Shown here one piece after another: positions 1-8,715 of a DNA stretch of 64,000 bases; within the stretch, counting starts at the first letter, position 1, and the number at the start of each line of letters is the position of its first letter. The notes beneath the pieces are model-generated. The model saw only the letters and a list, made by a program, of their open reading frames with translations, searched no databases and had not been told where the DNA came from. The stretch is taken from positions 604-64,603 of the forward strand of contig CAZALQ010000001.1 of the NCBI GenBank assembly GCA_964485605.1, given 5' to 3'. The position numbers were made by a program, and so were the translations under genes. The stretch comes from an uncultured Oscillospiraceae bacterium (GTDB lineage Bacteria; Bacillota; Clostridia; Peptostreptococcales; Anaerovoracaceae).

Positions 1-261
1 GTCAGATTCTTGGCCACTTCTTCGAACCCTTCAGGATATGTCCTTTCATCTATGTGTACGAAGCGTCTTTTGGGAAATGAGCAGCCGGCAAGATGGAACC
101 GGATGCTGTGGGCATTCATACTTATGCTTTATTCTCTTGGTCTAATACTTATAGGCGGACTAAATACAGCAAAAACGTCTGCCATCATCGTAGGATTTCC
201 CCTAATGGCAGTTACTCTGGTAATGATGTATTACGTGAAAAGAAATGTTCAGTGTAATTGA
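1..261 (+). CDS. BCCT-family (betaine/carnitine/choline) transporter, C-terminal end; gene begins left of the window
   Basis: The frame is open from base 1, so the listed TTG start at 10 is internal. The last TM pair RMLWAFILMLYSLGLILIGGLNTAKTSAIIVGFPLMAV resembles the conserved BCCT C-terminus. Confidence 0.6.
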   Translation, partial: VRFLATSSNPSGYVLSSMCTKRLLGNEQPARWNRMLWAFILMLYSLGLILIGGLNTAKTSAIIVGFPLMAVTLVMMYYVKRNVQCN

Positions 262-281
262 CACTCTTACCTATATACAAT

Positions 282-304
282 AAGCGGGGCTGTTCGCCCC
301 GCTT
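282..304. terminator. GC-rich hairpin between convergent genes (probable bidirectional terminator)
   Basis: aagcggggc-tgttc-gccccgctt forms a 9-bp perfect stem. It lies between the + gene ending at 261 and the - gene ending at 463. The U-tract is weak. Confidence 0.5.
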
Positions 305-462
305 ATGACATCTCTTTTAGTTTTATAACTTCACAAAACCAAAGACAAATGCGTTGATTGCTTTTTGCTTTGCTTCCTCAGACGGCAAGTCACTGAAGCA
401 CTCCTCTTTGAATCTCTCAAAAAGACCTCTCATTTCATCTTCCATCATAACTTACCTCCCCA

Positions 463-1629
463 TCAGTATCTTCCGTATGTATCAAGTGTTTCAATCATCG
501 CCTTGAAATTTTCCGGGTTTGCATCTCTTAACCTAAGCATAGCTTTGTCCGTTGTAACCATGAATCCTCCACCGGGAGCACAGTCATCAAGCAGTTGTTT
601 TGTAAAGTCTATTGTCTTTTCTCTGCTTTCAAGACCGAGAACGCTGAGAGGCATACCACCGCAAATAGCAAACTTTGAACCTAGTTTTTCCTTAAAATTC
701 TTATAGTCCCCGAACTCCATTGAGCCTATCAGAATATCGTTATCAGGGATATCCTGCATAAGATCAAAATATGCAGTCCAGTCACCTTCAAACACGATTC
801 CACTGTATATCTCGTTGTCTATACAGTACTCAAGGGTCTCTTTGAAATACGGATGATAGAATGTCGCATAATCCTTTGGTCTTAGAAAACACGCAAGATG
901 TGTCGGCCAGAATGGGCCTTTATAATCCGGGTCTGATTTAAATCCGGCAAACACGTTTTTCATAAGATAGTCCTGGATTACTTTCATAGCATCCATTACT
1001 GCGCCGGGTCTTCTCCTTATATCAAGAGTTATACCCTTAAAATCCCTAAGATAATCAAACAGGAAATCTATCGGGTGCCCAAGCGCGCCGCTGTTCCACA
1101 TAATAGGACAACCATCAGCTTCTATCTGCTTCCACCCGGTTGCAACTGTAGCAAAAAACTTGTTCTTCTCATTAAGTGCTGTCTTAAGAGCATCAAGAGC
1201 CTCATCAGTGTTCCCTTTTGACAGTACTGAATACCTTCTTGGCATGATGTAGTCTCTTAGAAATCCCGGAAAATCCTTAATAAGCAGCGGATACTCATCT
1301 TCCTGCATAATCATTGCCGTAGCAATATTGGAGACCTGGATCCCATTATCAGAAACTGCATACATTCCACCTCCCATAGCTGCTGTTGCAGTATATGAAG
1401 ATACGTTGTTTAAGTTGAATGAGCCATCAAATTGGAACTCCTCTATTCCCTTTTTATATATAGCCGGGGTGATATCAGGTTTATCCTGATAGTAGTTCCT
1501 TAGAGTTTCCCCGTAGTATTCTATGATCCACCCATTGAGCATGAAAACACAGGGTACTTTGTCGGGCAGTTCTTTCTTTTTCACTACCTTCTTTATTCTT
1601 TCAAGTCTTGTTTGATATGTTTCAGACAT
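463..1629 (-). CDS. Uroporphyrinogen-decarboxylase (URO-D) family protein, MtaA/CmuA-like methyltransferase candidate
   Basis: 388 aa. The N-terminus TRLERIKKVVKKKELPDKVPCVF and the overall length and pattern are typical of clostridial URO-D-family proteins. Good RBS (ggaggaact). Confidence 0.5.
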   Translation of the reverse strand: MSETYQTRLERIKKVVKKKELPDKVPCVFMLNGWIIEYYGETLRNYYQDKPDITPAIYKKGIEEFQFDGSFNLNNVSSYTATAAMGGGMYAVSDNGIQVSNIATAMIMQEDEYPLLIKDFPGFLRDYIMPRRYSVLSKGNTDEALDALKTALNEKNKFFATVATGWKQIEADGCPIMWNSGALGHPIDFLFDYLRDFKGITLDIRRRPGAVMDAMKVIQDYLMKNVFAGFKSDPDYKGPFWPTHLACFLRPKDYATFYHPYFKETLEYCIDNEIYSGIVFEGDWTAYFDLMQDIPDNDILIGSMEFGDYKNFKEKLGSKFAICGGMPLSVLGLESREKTIDFTKQLLDDCAPGGGFMVTTDKAMLRLRDANPENFKAMIETLDTYGRY

Positions 1630-1647
1630 TATAAGTTCCTCCCTCTT

Positions 1648-2973
1648 TTACGGCCAATTGGGGAATAACGTTGTAAGAACGCAGCAAAGGAATGTCCCCA
1701 AACTGGTGTTTATTACTGTTGTCATAAATATGTGTTTGTAACATCTTGATAGCGGCTCCCCGCAAAGCTGCGATGTAAGTATTACCATGGAACTTGTAGG
1801 AAGCGAGTCAAGAGTTACCGATGAGTAACACGCCACTCTGTGAAGTGCCGGTAGTTTGACTCCTGCTGCAACAAATGTATCCTTAAATGCCGGTATAACA
1901 GTCTGGAGCGCCGTAAGGCCGTTACCGCAAATACATGCAACAAGTCCTATTACCAATGCCACCGTAAATATCGGCGGTCCTGATAGACCAAGAAGCGCGT
2001 TGGTCATTACATTAAATGTCTCAGAACCGGTAATGATATATCCAAGCCCTGCTACTGTAGCGCATATGATTATGGTTGGGGCGATTGTCATTGCAGCATT
2101 ACCAAGAATGTCCGGGATCTTCTTAAGTTCTATGGACTTCATTACGCTGAACATAAGTCCCGAAATCAGTGCGCCAAGAAGGAGCGTATATGTTATAAAC
2201 AGTTTAAATACATTGAATGCCACGAAAACGAATATAAGCGGAATAAGAGAAATGATCGGATTCGGAAGTCTCTTATCCGCATTGCTCCCAAGTTTCTCAT
2301 ACCCAAGATCTGCCCCGGGATTCAGTCTGTGATACCTTTTGGTCACTACCGCTATATACCCTGTGTTGATAGCCAGAATGAATACTCCGGTAATAATCCC
2401 TATGATCATTGATGCTGTTGAACTGGTCCCCAGAAGGTCCATACAAAGAACATTGTTCAGCTGAGGGGCGCCCGGCATACACTGAAGTGATGTGAGTACT
2501 ACTCCCAGAACAACAGCCGGTGCCATTTCTTTTGGAACTCTTGCTTCCTTGAGGATCTCCAATGCGATCGGAACAAGTATGAACGTGATGGGGGCTCCGG
2601 TTATTCCTCCAAAGCCAAGGATAAGACAAGGTACATAAATAGCAAGAATCGCCACAACAGGGTTTAAATGGTCGTTTTTGCCTCTGACAATCCTTATAAA
2701 CATCCTTGCAATTGAGGTTGCCGCTCCACTTTCCTGATACATCTTTCCGAAGAAACTACCTGCAAGAAAGTTGCCGGCAAGAGCCTTTACTGTGTCACCT
2801 GCCCCCACAAGAAACGAACCCGTCCAGGTAGCAACCATAGGCTGCCCCGTAACAGCGATGGCAAGGATTGAACAAAGAATGGCACATACGATGGTGTTGT
2901 AGCCCTTAAGACACAGGAACATAAACAGCGCCAGTACCAGAATTATGCCTATAGTTTGCAGCATAACAAACAC
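1648..2973 (-). CDS. GntP-like (ion-transporter superfamily) permease
   Basis: 441 aa and polytopic. AGNFLAGSFFGKMYQESGAATSIARMF resembles the GntP-family signature region. Confidence 0.5.
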   Translation of the reverse strand: MFVMLQTIGIILVLALFMFLCLKGYNTIVCAILCSILAIAVTGQPMVATWTGSFLVGAGDTVKALAGNFLAGSFFGKMYQESGAATSIARMFIRIVRGKNDHLNPVVAILAIYVPCLILGFGGITGAPITFILVPIALEILKEARVPKEMAPAVVLGVVLTSLQCMPGAPQLNNVLCMDLLGTSSTASMIIGIITGVFILAINTGYIAVVTKRYHRLNPGADLGYEKLGSNADKRLPNPIISLIPLIFVFVAFNVFKLFITYTLLLGALISGLMFSVMKSIELKKIPDILGNAAMTIAPTIIICATVAGLGYIITGSETFNVMTNALLGLSGPPIFTVALVIGLVACICGNGLTALQTVIPAFKDTFVAAGVKLPALHRVACYSSVTLDSLPTSSMVILTSQLCGEPLSRCYKHIFMTTVINTSLGTFLCCVLTTLFPNWP

Positions 2974-2983
2974 CTTCTTCCTA

Positions 2984-4339
2984 TCAGTTACCCATTACAA
3001 GGCACACTACTACGATTCCTATTATCATTGCGGACCAGCAAACAGGAGCAATCCTCTTGATAAGCTTCCCCGACTCGATCTTGCAGCTTCCGGTTATAGT
3101 AAGAACACCGGGGTTGATAGGCGTGCAGTTCGTTCCGACGCTTACAGACACAAGGATAAGACTGGCAAGCACCTCTATGGGAAGTGATATTCCTCCGGAA
3201 AGACTCGCTGCAAGAGGCGCTATGATACTAAGTGCTCCAAAGAAAGACCCGGTCACCATTGAAATGAATGCTCCAAGGAGACAGATGACTTCCACAAGGA
3301 TGACAGACGGGATATTGGCTTTGCCAAGAAGTTCTGCAATGACCTTTAATCCGCCTACGCTATTGAGAAGCGCAGCAAAACTCATAGCAAGAATTATGGT
3401 AAGACCAAGGCCCCTCATATTGTTCCCGAAGGCATCAAAGAAATCACTGAGCACCTCAGATACGACAGACTTTTTAATATTGAAGATCTTGACCAGAGCA
3501 ATTACAACAAAGAGTGAAATAATGATAGCAGTGTTAACAGACATGGATATTGTTTTTACCAGCAGCGGGCTGAAGATAACCATTAGAATGACTGGGAATA
3601 GAGGAAACAAAGCATATATTCCCGGAACCTGAGGATCTGCTATAGGTTCGATTTCTACAGGAGCTTCATCTTTTTCTTTTTTGTCTATGATCTTCGAAGA
3701 AATAACATACACAATCAACGTGATCACCAGGATGATTCCCACTATCGGCAGCTGAGTATTGACAAACCACATAGTTGAATTGATTTCAAACCCCATAAGA
3801 GATGCTGCTGTTGCTGCCGTCGGTTCCACAGGTCCGTAAGATCCCATCATATACACAAGCATGGCTGCGCATGCTGCCCCATATGAAAGTCCCATATCAA
3901 GAAGTATAGGGAAGAAAGTTCCTATGAGCAGTGCCACAAGGGCTGGGCCCGTCGCAATAAAGATCTTTAAGACTGCACCTATTACGATGACAAAGCAGGC
4001 AACGATATACGGATTTTTTATACCCGAAAGAGGCTTCTTGAGTATATAGGTAAGCTTTGTCGTTGCCTTAAGCTTGTTCATGACCTCAACATAAGAGAAG
4101 ACCAGAATAATCGTAAATGCCACTCCACCGATGTTGGAGGACAGATAGTTTGCGATGTATGCAAACCAGTCGATAACTATGTTTCCTGTGGTTCCGTCAC
4201 CAAGTACAGAACCTCCTGTAACAGTGAGATAAATGAGCAGGAGCAGGATAAGACCCGAAAGAATAACTTTTAGATCAACTTTTTTCAGTATTGCAAATAC
4301 CATTATTGCAAATACGCAAAGAGTAAAAACAAGTGCCAT
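2984..4339 (-). CDS. DcuC/YfcC-like polytopic membrane transporter
   Basis: 451 aa with more than 10 predicted TM segments. Size and hydrophobic pattern fit anaerobic C4-dicarboxylate-carrier-like proteins. RBS aaggaggtt. Confidence 0.45.
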   Translation of the reverse strand: MALVFTLCVFAIMVFAILKKVDLKVILSGLILLLLIYLTVTGGSVLGDGTTGNIVIDWFAYIANYLSSNIGGVAFTIILVFSYVEVMNKLKATTKLTYILKKPLSGIKNPYIVACFVIVIGAVLKIFIATGPALVALLIGTFFPILLDMGLSYGAACAAMLVYMMGSYGPVEPTAATAASLMGFEINSTMWFVNTQLPIVGIILVITLIVYVISSKIIDKKEKDEAPVEIEPIADPQVPGIYALFPLFPVILMVIFSPLLVKTISMSVNTAIIISLFVVIALVKIFNIKKSVVSEVLSDFFDAFGNNMRGLGLTIILAMSFAALLNSVGGLKVIAELLGKANIPSVILVEVICLLGAFISMVTGSFFGALSIIAPLAASLSGGISLPIEVLASLILVSVSVGTNCTPINPGVLTITGSCKIESGKLIKRIAPVCWSAMIIGIVVVCLVMGN

Positions 4340-4539
4340 AATAACCTCCTTTAGATTTAATTAATATTGTTTCCTGTTATCAATTCTGGAGTATAAAGTC
4401 ACTTGAGAGTCAACGTATTTTTTTATAGAATATAGATACGGCAAAAGGATATCTATTCACATAATATTTCATAAATGTGGCATATTGCAGTCATATTTAT
4501 GCTGACACACATCTAAAGCAGGTTTAGAGGTTTTTAGTC

Positions 4540-5370
4540 ATGAATTATAAAATAAGCGACCTTGCAAACATATTTGAAGTAACGACAGAATCCATAAGAT
4601 TTTTTGAAAAAAAGGGAATAATCAGCCCTAAAAGAGATGAAGAAACTGGTTACAGGATATATTCCGGGTGGGATGCGTTCAGTCTTTTGGACTGGACGAT
4701 GTATAAGAAATGTGAGTTTTCTTTACAGGAGTATCTGACTCTCACAAATACTGACTCGCTGAGTATATGCTGCAATATGTTTGATAACAAACTGGTTGAG
4801 ATAGAAACAAAGATAGAACGCCTAACAATGCTCAAAGACTGGCTTTCTTTTTGGTCTTCAGAGCTTCTGGATTTTTCCTTAAATCTTAACAAAGTCCGTC
4901 TAAGAAGAATGCCGGAGATGGTCTTCATTCCCGTCGGTACAGAACATGCGGGCGATGATCTTGAGAACTATGTTATAGATAACGATGCAATGAAACTTCA
5001 CGCCTCCCTTCTCCCCTTCTGCCTTCCCGTAATACAAACATCAGTAGCATCTCTCTACAACGAAAAAGGTAACGCTAAGATTTATAGAGGCGGAATAATT
5101 AATAAGAGTTACCTTGAAAAGATGAACGCTGATCTTTCTGCTGTAGAGCCGGTCACAATCCCATCAAGTTTATTTCTTTCATATAACGTCTGCGTCGGTG
5201 ATATCGGAGGGCTTGACTTAAGCGAGCTATACCCTATTATCGATTATCTAAACGAAAGCAAATACACCGCCTACAACGAAGTCTACGGCCTTGTTATGGC
5301 CAGAATCAAAGAGGGCAGTGTATATAAAAGATATTTTCAGTTTTTACTCCCTGTTAAGAAATACATTTAA
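4540..5370 (+). CDS. MerR-family transcriptional regulator with C-terminal effector-binding (GyrI-like) domain
   Basis: The N-terminus YKISDLANIFEVTTESIRFFEKKGIISPKRDEETGYRIYS is a canonical MerR HTH. It is followed by a coiled-coil and a roughly 150-aa C-terminal domain. Confidence 0.75.
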   Translation: MNYKISDLANIFEVTTESIRFFEKKGIISPKRDEETGYRIYSGWDAFSLLDWTMYKKCEFSLQEYLTLTNTDSLSICCNMFDNKLVEIETKIERLTMLKDWLSFWSSELLDFSLNLNKVRLRRMPEMVFIPVGTEHAGDDLENYVIDNDAMKLHASLLPFCLPVIQTSVASLYNEKGNAKIYRGGIINKSYLEKMNADLSAVEPVTIPSSLFLSYNVCVGDIGGLDLSELYPIIDYLNESKYTAYNEVYGLVMARIKEGSVYKRYFQFLLPVKKYI

Positions 5371-5374
5371 AAAA

Positions 5375-5421
5375 TCTCCAGATAAAACCGAAGCTGTCTT
5401 ATCTGGAGAAACTTATTTTTT
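5375..5421. terminator. Intrinsic terminator between convergent genes
   Basis: tctccagataa...ttatctggaga forms an 11-bp stem, followed by aacttatttttt. Confidence 0.6.
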
Positions 5422-5470
5422 GCTATGTCACATTTTTAGGCTATTTTTCTATCTAAAATGTAACTATAAA

Positions 5471-6034
5471 TTAACTTGCTTTTTTTGCTGTTGATCTGGA
5501 TACGATCCATATTACTGATATAATTGCAACTCCGATAGTTCCTACCATAGCTGGGAATCTTGGAGAGAGATTTCCTGTTACACTCTGGAGAACTCCTACA
5601 TAAGGAGCTGCTACAAAGCATCCAACATTGAGGAGTGCTACAAATACACCTGATGCTGCACTTGTTGCCTGCGGCGGGATTGTATCATTGAATTCAACCA
5701 TTATTGCCGGCCAAATCACAAAGAGGGAGATACTGCATCCGGCAATTGCTACCATGAGCGCTGCTACACTCTTTCCGAAGTATCCAAGGGCAAGGAATCC
5801 GATAACCAGTATAAGGAACACCGGAATCGTTTTGCGCTTAAGAACAGCATATATCTTTCCAAATATGAGTCCTGCAACGACACCGCCTATGTTGTACATG
5901 GATAGATTCTTTATCAGAGTTTCCCAGCCATCATAGTAATGCACTTCATCTAGAAAGATATGAGTCCCCCCGTTGTTAACGTGCGCCTCAACGGCATCGT
6001 ATACAGAACGAGTTTTAAACCACAAATATCTCAT
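5471..6034 (-). pseudogene. Chimeric remnant: AAA_14-type ATPase Walker-B fragment fused to the C-terminal half of an MFS transporter
   Basis: Residues 1-44 (IFLDEVHYYDGWETLIKNL) look like the Walker-B region of AAA_14/DUF4143 ATPases. The sequence from about residue 45 (coordinate about 5902) downward is the last 4-5 TM helices of an MFS carrier. No RBS precedes the ATG. Confidence 0.55.
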
Positions 6035-6148
6035 ATATCGTGTCTTTTATACTGCTATCATCTACAAGCGTTATCTCCTTTACCGGTTCTTCTTTAACAA
6101 CGGTTAATTGTATGTAAAAAAAGACCCAAGAGATTAAATTATCACTTC

Positions 6149-6424
6149 CTATTTCGATTCTCTGGCTATCGGAATGAGCGCTGTTATATCTATTTGTATA
6201 ATCTCTGTGTCTTTATATTTTGGATTCAAACTTGGGAATATTGATCCGTATTCGACATGACCATCTTCTTTTGAGACGTATAATGCTACATCCGAATCGC
6301 CCATACCAAAACCATAAAAATCACCTAAGTCAAAGCATTTAGAATGTGGTTCCAAGTCACCCCATCCGTCAGTCTTTCTCGAATGCTCTACAGCCATTTT
6401 TAGGGCAGTTAAAACATCAATCAT
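6149..6424 (-). CDS. Hypothetical 91-aa protein (small, possibly immunity-like)
   Basis: Good RBS (gggagg, 9 nt upstream). It lies 12 nt downstream of the stop of the SIMPL gene. Confidence 0.45.
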   Translation of the reverse strand: MIDVLTALKMAVEHSRKTDGWGDLEPHSKCFDLGDFYGFGMGDSDVALYVSKEDGHVEYGSIFPSLNPKYKDTEIIQIDITALIPIARESK

Positions 6425-6438
6425 AAAGCATGTCCTCC

Positions 6439-7077
6439 CTATTCCACATTCCAGCTTGCATGTACTCTTTCCTCAAAGGTCAGCTCTTTTGCTTTTATCT
6501 TGTCCGCAATAGAAGTTTCACCTTCATCTAACCAGATTCCATTTATCTGCCCATACAATGGTTTGTCATCACCCGCATAACGATCATTATACTTGTCGTC
6601 AAGGACGCTCTCAATTCCTGTGATGCTCTGTCCACTCGCTTCAGCAATTGCATCTGCAATCTCCCTGGAGTTTATGACCGCCTTCTTAAATATCTCCTGC
6701 TGGATCTCCCTTTCTTTTGAATAATAAAAGTCGGTATTGAGACGGACTTCGACCTTACTTTCCTTTAGTTTCTCCAGCAGTGAAGAACTAAAACCCGCAT
6801 TAAACGGCATCTTGAAGCTTATATCTCTTTCTACACAAATTAGCTGCTCTTTTCCATTATAGCTTTGCTGTCTATAGACGTGGTCTTTATCCAGGCGGAC
6901 ATTATCTGGTGTAATTCCCATCTTAACCAAAATGGACAAAACTTTTTCCGTATTTGTTTTAACACTATCAAGCGCTTTCGATGAAGTCTGTCCATCTCCG
7001 TATACTGTAATTTGATACTTAATGACATCGGCAGTTACAAACTCCTTTGCATATCCTGTTACTTTGATTGTACTCAT
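6439..7077 (-). CDS. SIMPL/DUF541-domain protein without signal peptide
   Basis: 212 aa. The opening IKVTGYAKEFVTADVIKYQITVYG and the alternating beta/alpha pattern are typical of SIMPL (YggE/BP26) proteins. No N-terminal hydrophobic segment. RBS aaggag. Confidence 0.55.
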   Translation of the reverse strand: MSTIKVTGYAKEFVTADVIKYQITVYGDGQTSSKALDSVKTNTEKVLSILVKMGITPDNVRLDKDHVYRQQSYNGKEQLICVERDISFKMPFNAGFSSSLLEKLKESKVEVRLNTDFYYSKEREIQQEIFKKAVINSREIADAIAEASGQSITGIESVLDDKYNDRYAGDDKPLYGQINGIWLDEGETSIADKIKAKELTFEERVHASWNVE

Positions 7078-7091
7078 TTCTTTTTCTCCTT

Positions 7092-7147
7092 ATAAAAAAT
7101 GACTGTGATAGATTTCTCTACCCCAGTCATTGTAAATTTTACGATTA
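7092..7147 (-). terminator. TAATCGTA box + hairpin + U-tract (attenuator-like element, minus-strand sense) upstream of the SIMPL gene
   Basis: The minus strand reads TAATCGTA-aaatttaca-ATGACTG(18-nt loop)CAGTCAT-TTTTTTAT. RBS aaggag and the ATG at 7077 follow directly. Confidence 0.5.
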
Positions 7148-7204
7148 CTGTCTCCTTGAATCTTAGTTAAGCATCTCAATACTTTCCTAATTGCGCTACC
7201 ATTT

Positions 7205-8365
7205 TCACGCTATTTTTTCCGGACTCTCGCCCCAATACAAGGTATCTTTATCAAACATAAGAATTACAGGGTGATTGTACATCATATTGATGTTTTCTAT
7301 TTGTTTTATAAAGACGTTCTCTCCCTGAAACCTTAAAGCCTTGAGATTATCTTCTATCTCTCTTATATATTCTCTGCTAACGCTTTTTAACTTTCGGCTT
7401 CCTTCCTGAATTCCCTGCCCAACTTTTGCAGCCTTTACGCCTTTGATCTTATAAACTGCTTTCCCAACCGCATTCTCTGCATCGGCAAGTCCATTAACGA
7501 CCATTTTGCCTATTGTTTTTGTCGCAAATTCTTCAAGTCTATCACAACACTTTGCGTTCACTTCATTATACTCGCTCTCAAAATTGGAGATTTTATTAAT
7601 TACGGTCTTTAGATATTCCTCAGAATTTGCTTCATGCATCACGATATCTAAAAACTCTGTAAACGAGTATAAATTGACCGCCATCTGATAGTCTTGAAGA
7701 AGCCTTAATATTTCGTCTAACTCCTTCTTTACAGCATTCCCAAAATGAATTCCTTTCTTTGTCACTCTCTGCTCTAAAAGCTGTTTGTACTGACCAATAT
7801 GCCCTAGGGTCTCCTGATTGATTTTTGAAATAGTTTTTCTTCTTGTATCTATAAACTCTTCATTCTCAATATTCATTTTGTATGCTTCAAGTGAGTTCAT
7901 AAGATACTGTACAGATCCTGCCAGCTGTGCCTCATCTTTAATCAGCAAATACTTATAAATACTCTCCTGTCTTTCCTTTATCTGTGATAATTGCATCTGT
8001 ATACTTGCGAGTGCAATTGCAGTACAAATATCTCCTACCTGGAAGGCGGGCGTCAGATCTGCTATCCCCCCGCCAACTCCTCCGTTTGCGGCTTTTATAT
8101 TGCCAATAAACTCTGTTGTTTTGCCTGCTTTTTGAAACAGCTGACCGCCGTGTGCATCAACATAATACAGCCCACTGCCACCTACTCCGTTTACTACTTT
8201 CGTCATGGCGCTGACTAATGACTCAAATCCGGAACCTAAAGATGCAATTACGCCAACTGGTATTGATTTATACGATGCCGGAACTACATGCCGCTCTAAG
8301 AAATTGTTTGCAATGCTTAAATCATCCAATGCACGTATTGCTATTTCATTATGATTATTTTCCAT
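7205..8365 (-). CDS. Hypothetical 386-aa protein: glycine-rich/hydrophobic N-terminal third plus long helical C-terminal region
   Basis: The ATG at 8365 is preceded by GGAGGTG, so the listed TTG at 8380 is less likely. Gly-rich segments include GVGGSGLYY and NGGVGGGIADL. A hydrophobic stretch VGDICTAIALASIQMQL follows, then heptad-like helices. No recognised family. Confidence 0.6.
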   Translation of the reverse strand: MENNHNEIAIRALDDLSIANNFLERHVVPASYKSIPVGVIASLGSGFESLVSAMTKVVNGVGGSGLYYVDAHGGQLFQKAGKTTEFIGNIKAANGGVGGGIADLTPAFQVGDICTAIALASIQMQLSQIKERQESIYKYLLIKDEAQLAGSVQYLMNSLEAYKMNIENEEFIDTRRKTISKINQETLGHIGQYKQLLEQRVTKKGIHFGNAVKKELDEILRLLQDYQMAVNLYSFTEFLDIVMHEANSEEYLKTVINKISNFESEYNEVNAKCCDRLEEFATKTIGKMVVNGLADAENAVGKAVYKIKGVKAAKVGQGIQEGSRKLKSVSREYIREIEDNLKALRFQGENVFIKQIENINMMYNHPVILMFDKDTLYWGESPEKIA

Positions 8366-8397
8366 GAAATTCACCTCCAATAGAAGCCTTGTAATTT

Positions 8398-8613
8398 TTA
8401 CGATGCGCCTTTTTCTACCCTGAAGTCTGTATCAACAAAGGATCCCTTTCCATCCCTTTCTACAAAGTACATTACAACCGCATAAGCAGTGTTATCTATA
8501 TATTCTTTTCTGTAGTCCGGATGAAGGAAACAAAGCCTTCTTACGAGCCTATCAAAAAGCTCCTCTTCTGTTCTTGCTATAGATATGACATTGTCGTAAG
8601 TGATCTTGTACAT
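8398..8613 (-). CDS. Hypothetical 71-aa protein
   Basis: RBS ggagag. Codirectional with and tightly packed against the 386-aa gene. Confidence 0.4.
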   Translation of the reverse strand: MYKITYDNVISIARTEEELFDRLVRRLCFLHPDYRKEYIDNTAYAVVMYFVERDGKGSFVDTDFRVEKGAS

Positions 8614-8715
8614 AGCTTTCTCTCCGAGATTATTTCTGCTCTCAAAAGAAATTATATCACATGATTTCCATATTCATCTATATGGTGTCCCCTGAATAAC
8701 TATATTGATCAGTTC

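Noticed and set aside
365-706. 113-aa plus-strand ORF
   Set aside because: Lies antisense inside the 3' part of the URO-D-family gene. It has a low-complexity translation and no RBS, so it is a shadow ORF.
1856-4049. Several ORFs (1856-2332+, 2297-2629-, 2945-3187+, 3057-3632+, 3861-4049+) overlapping the two permease genes
   Set aside because: They are alternative-frame or antisense products of long membrane-protein genes. Their Ser/Pro/Arg-rich translations are typical of non-coding frames.
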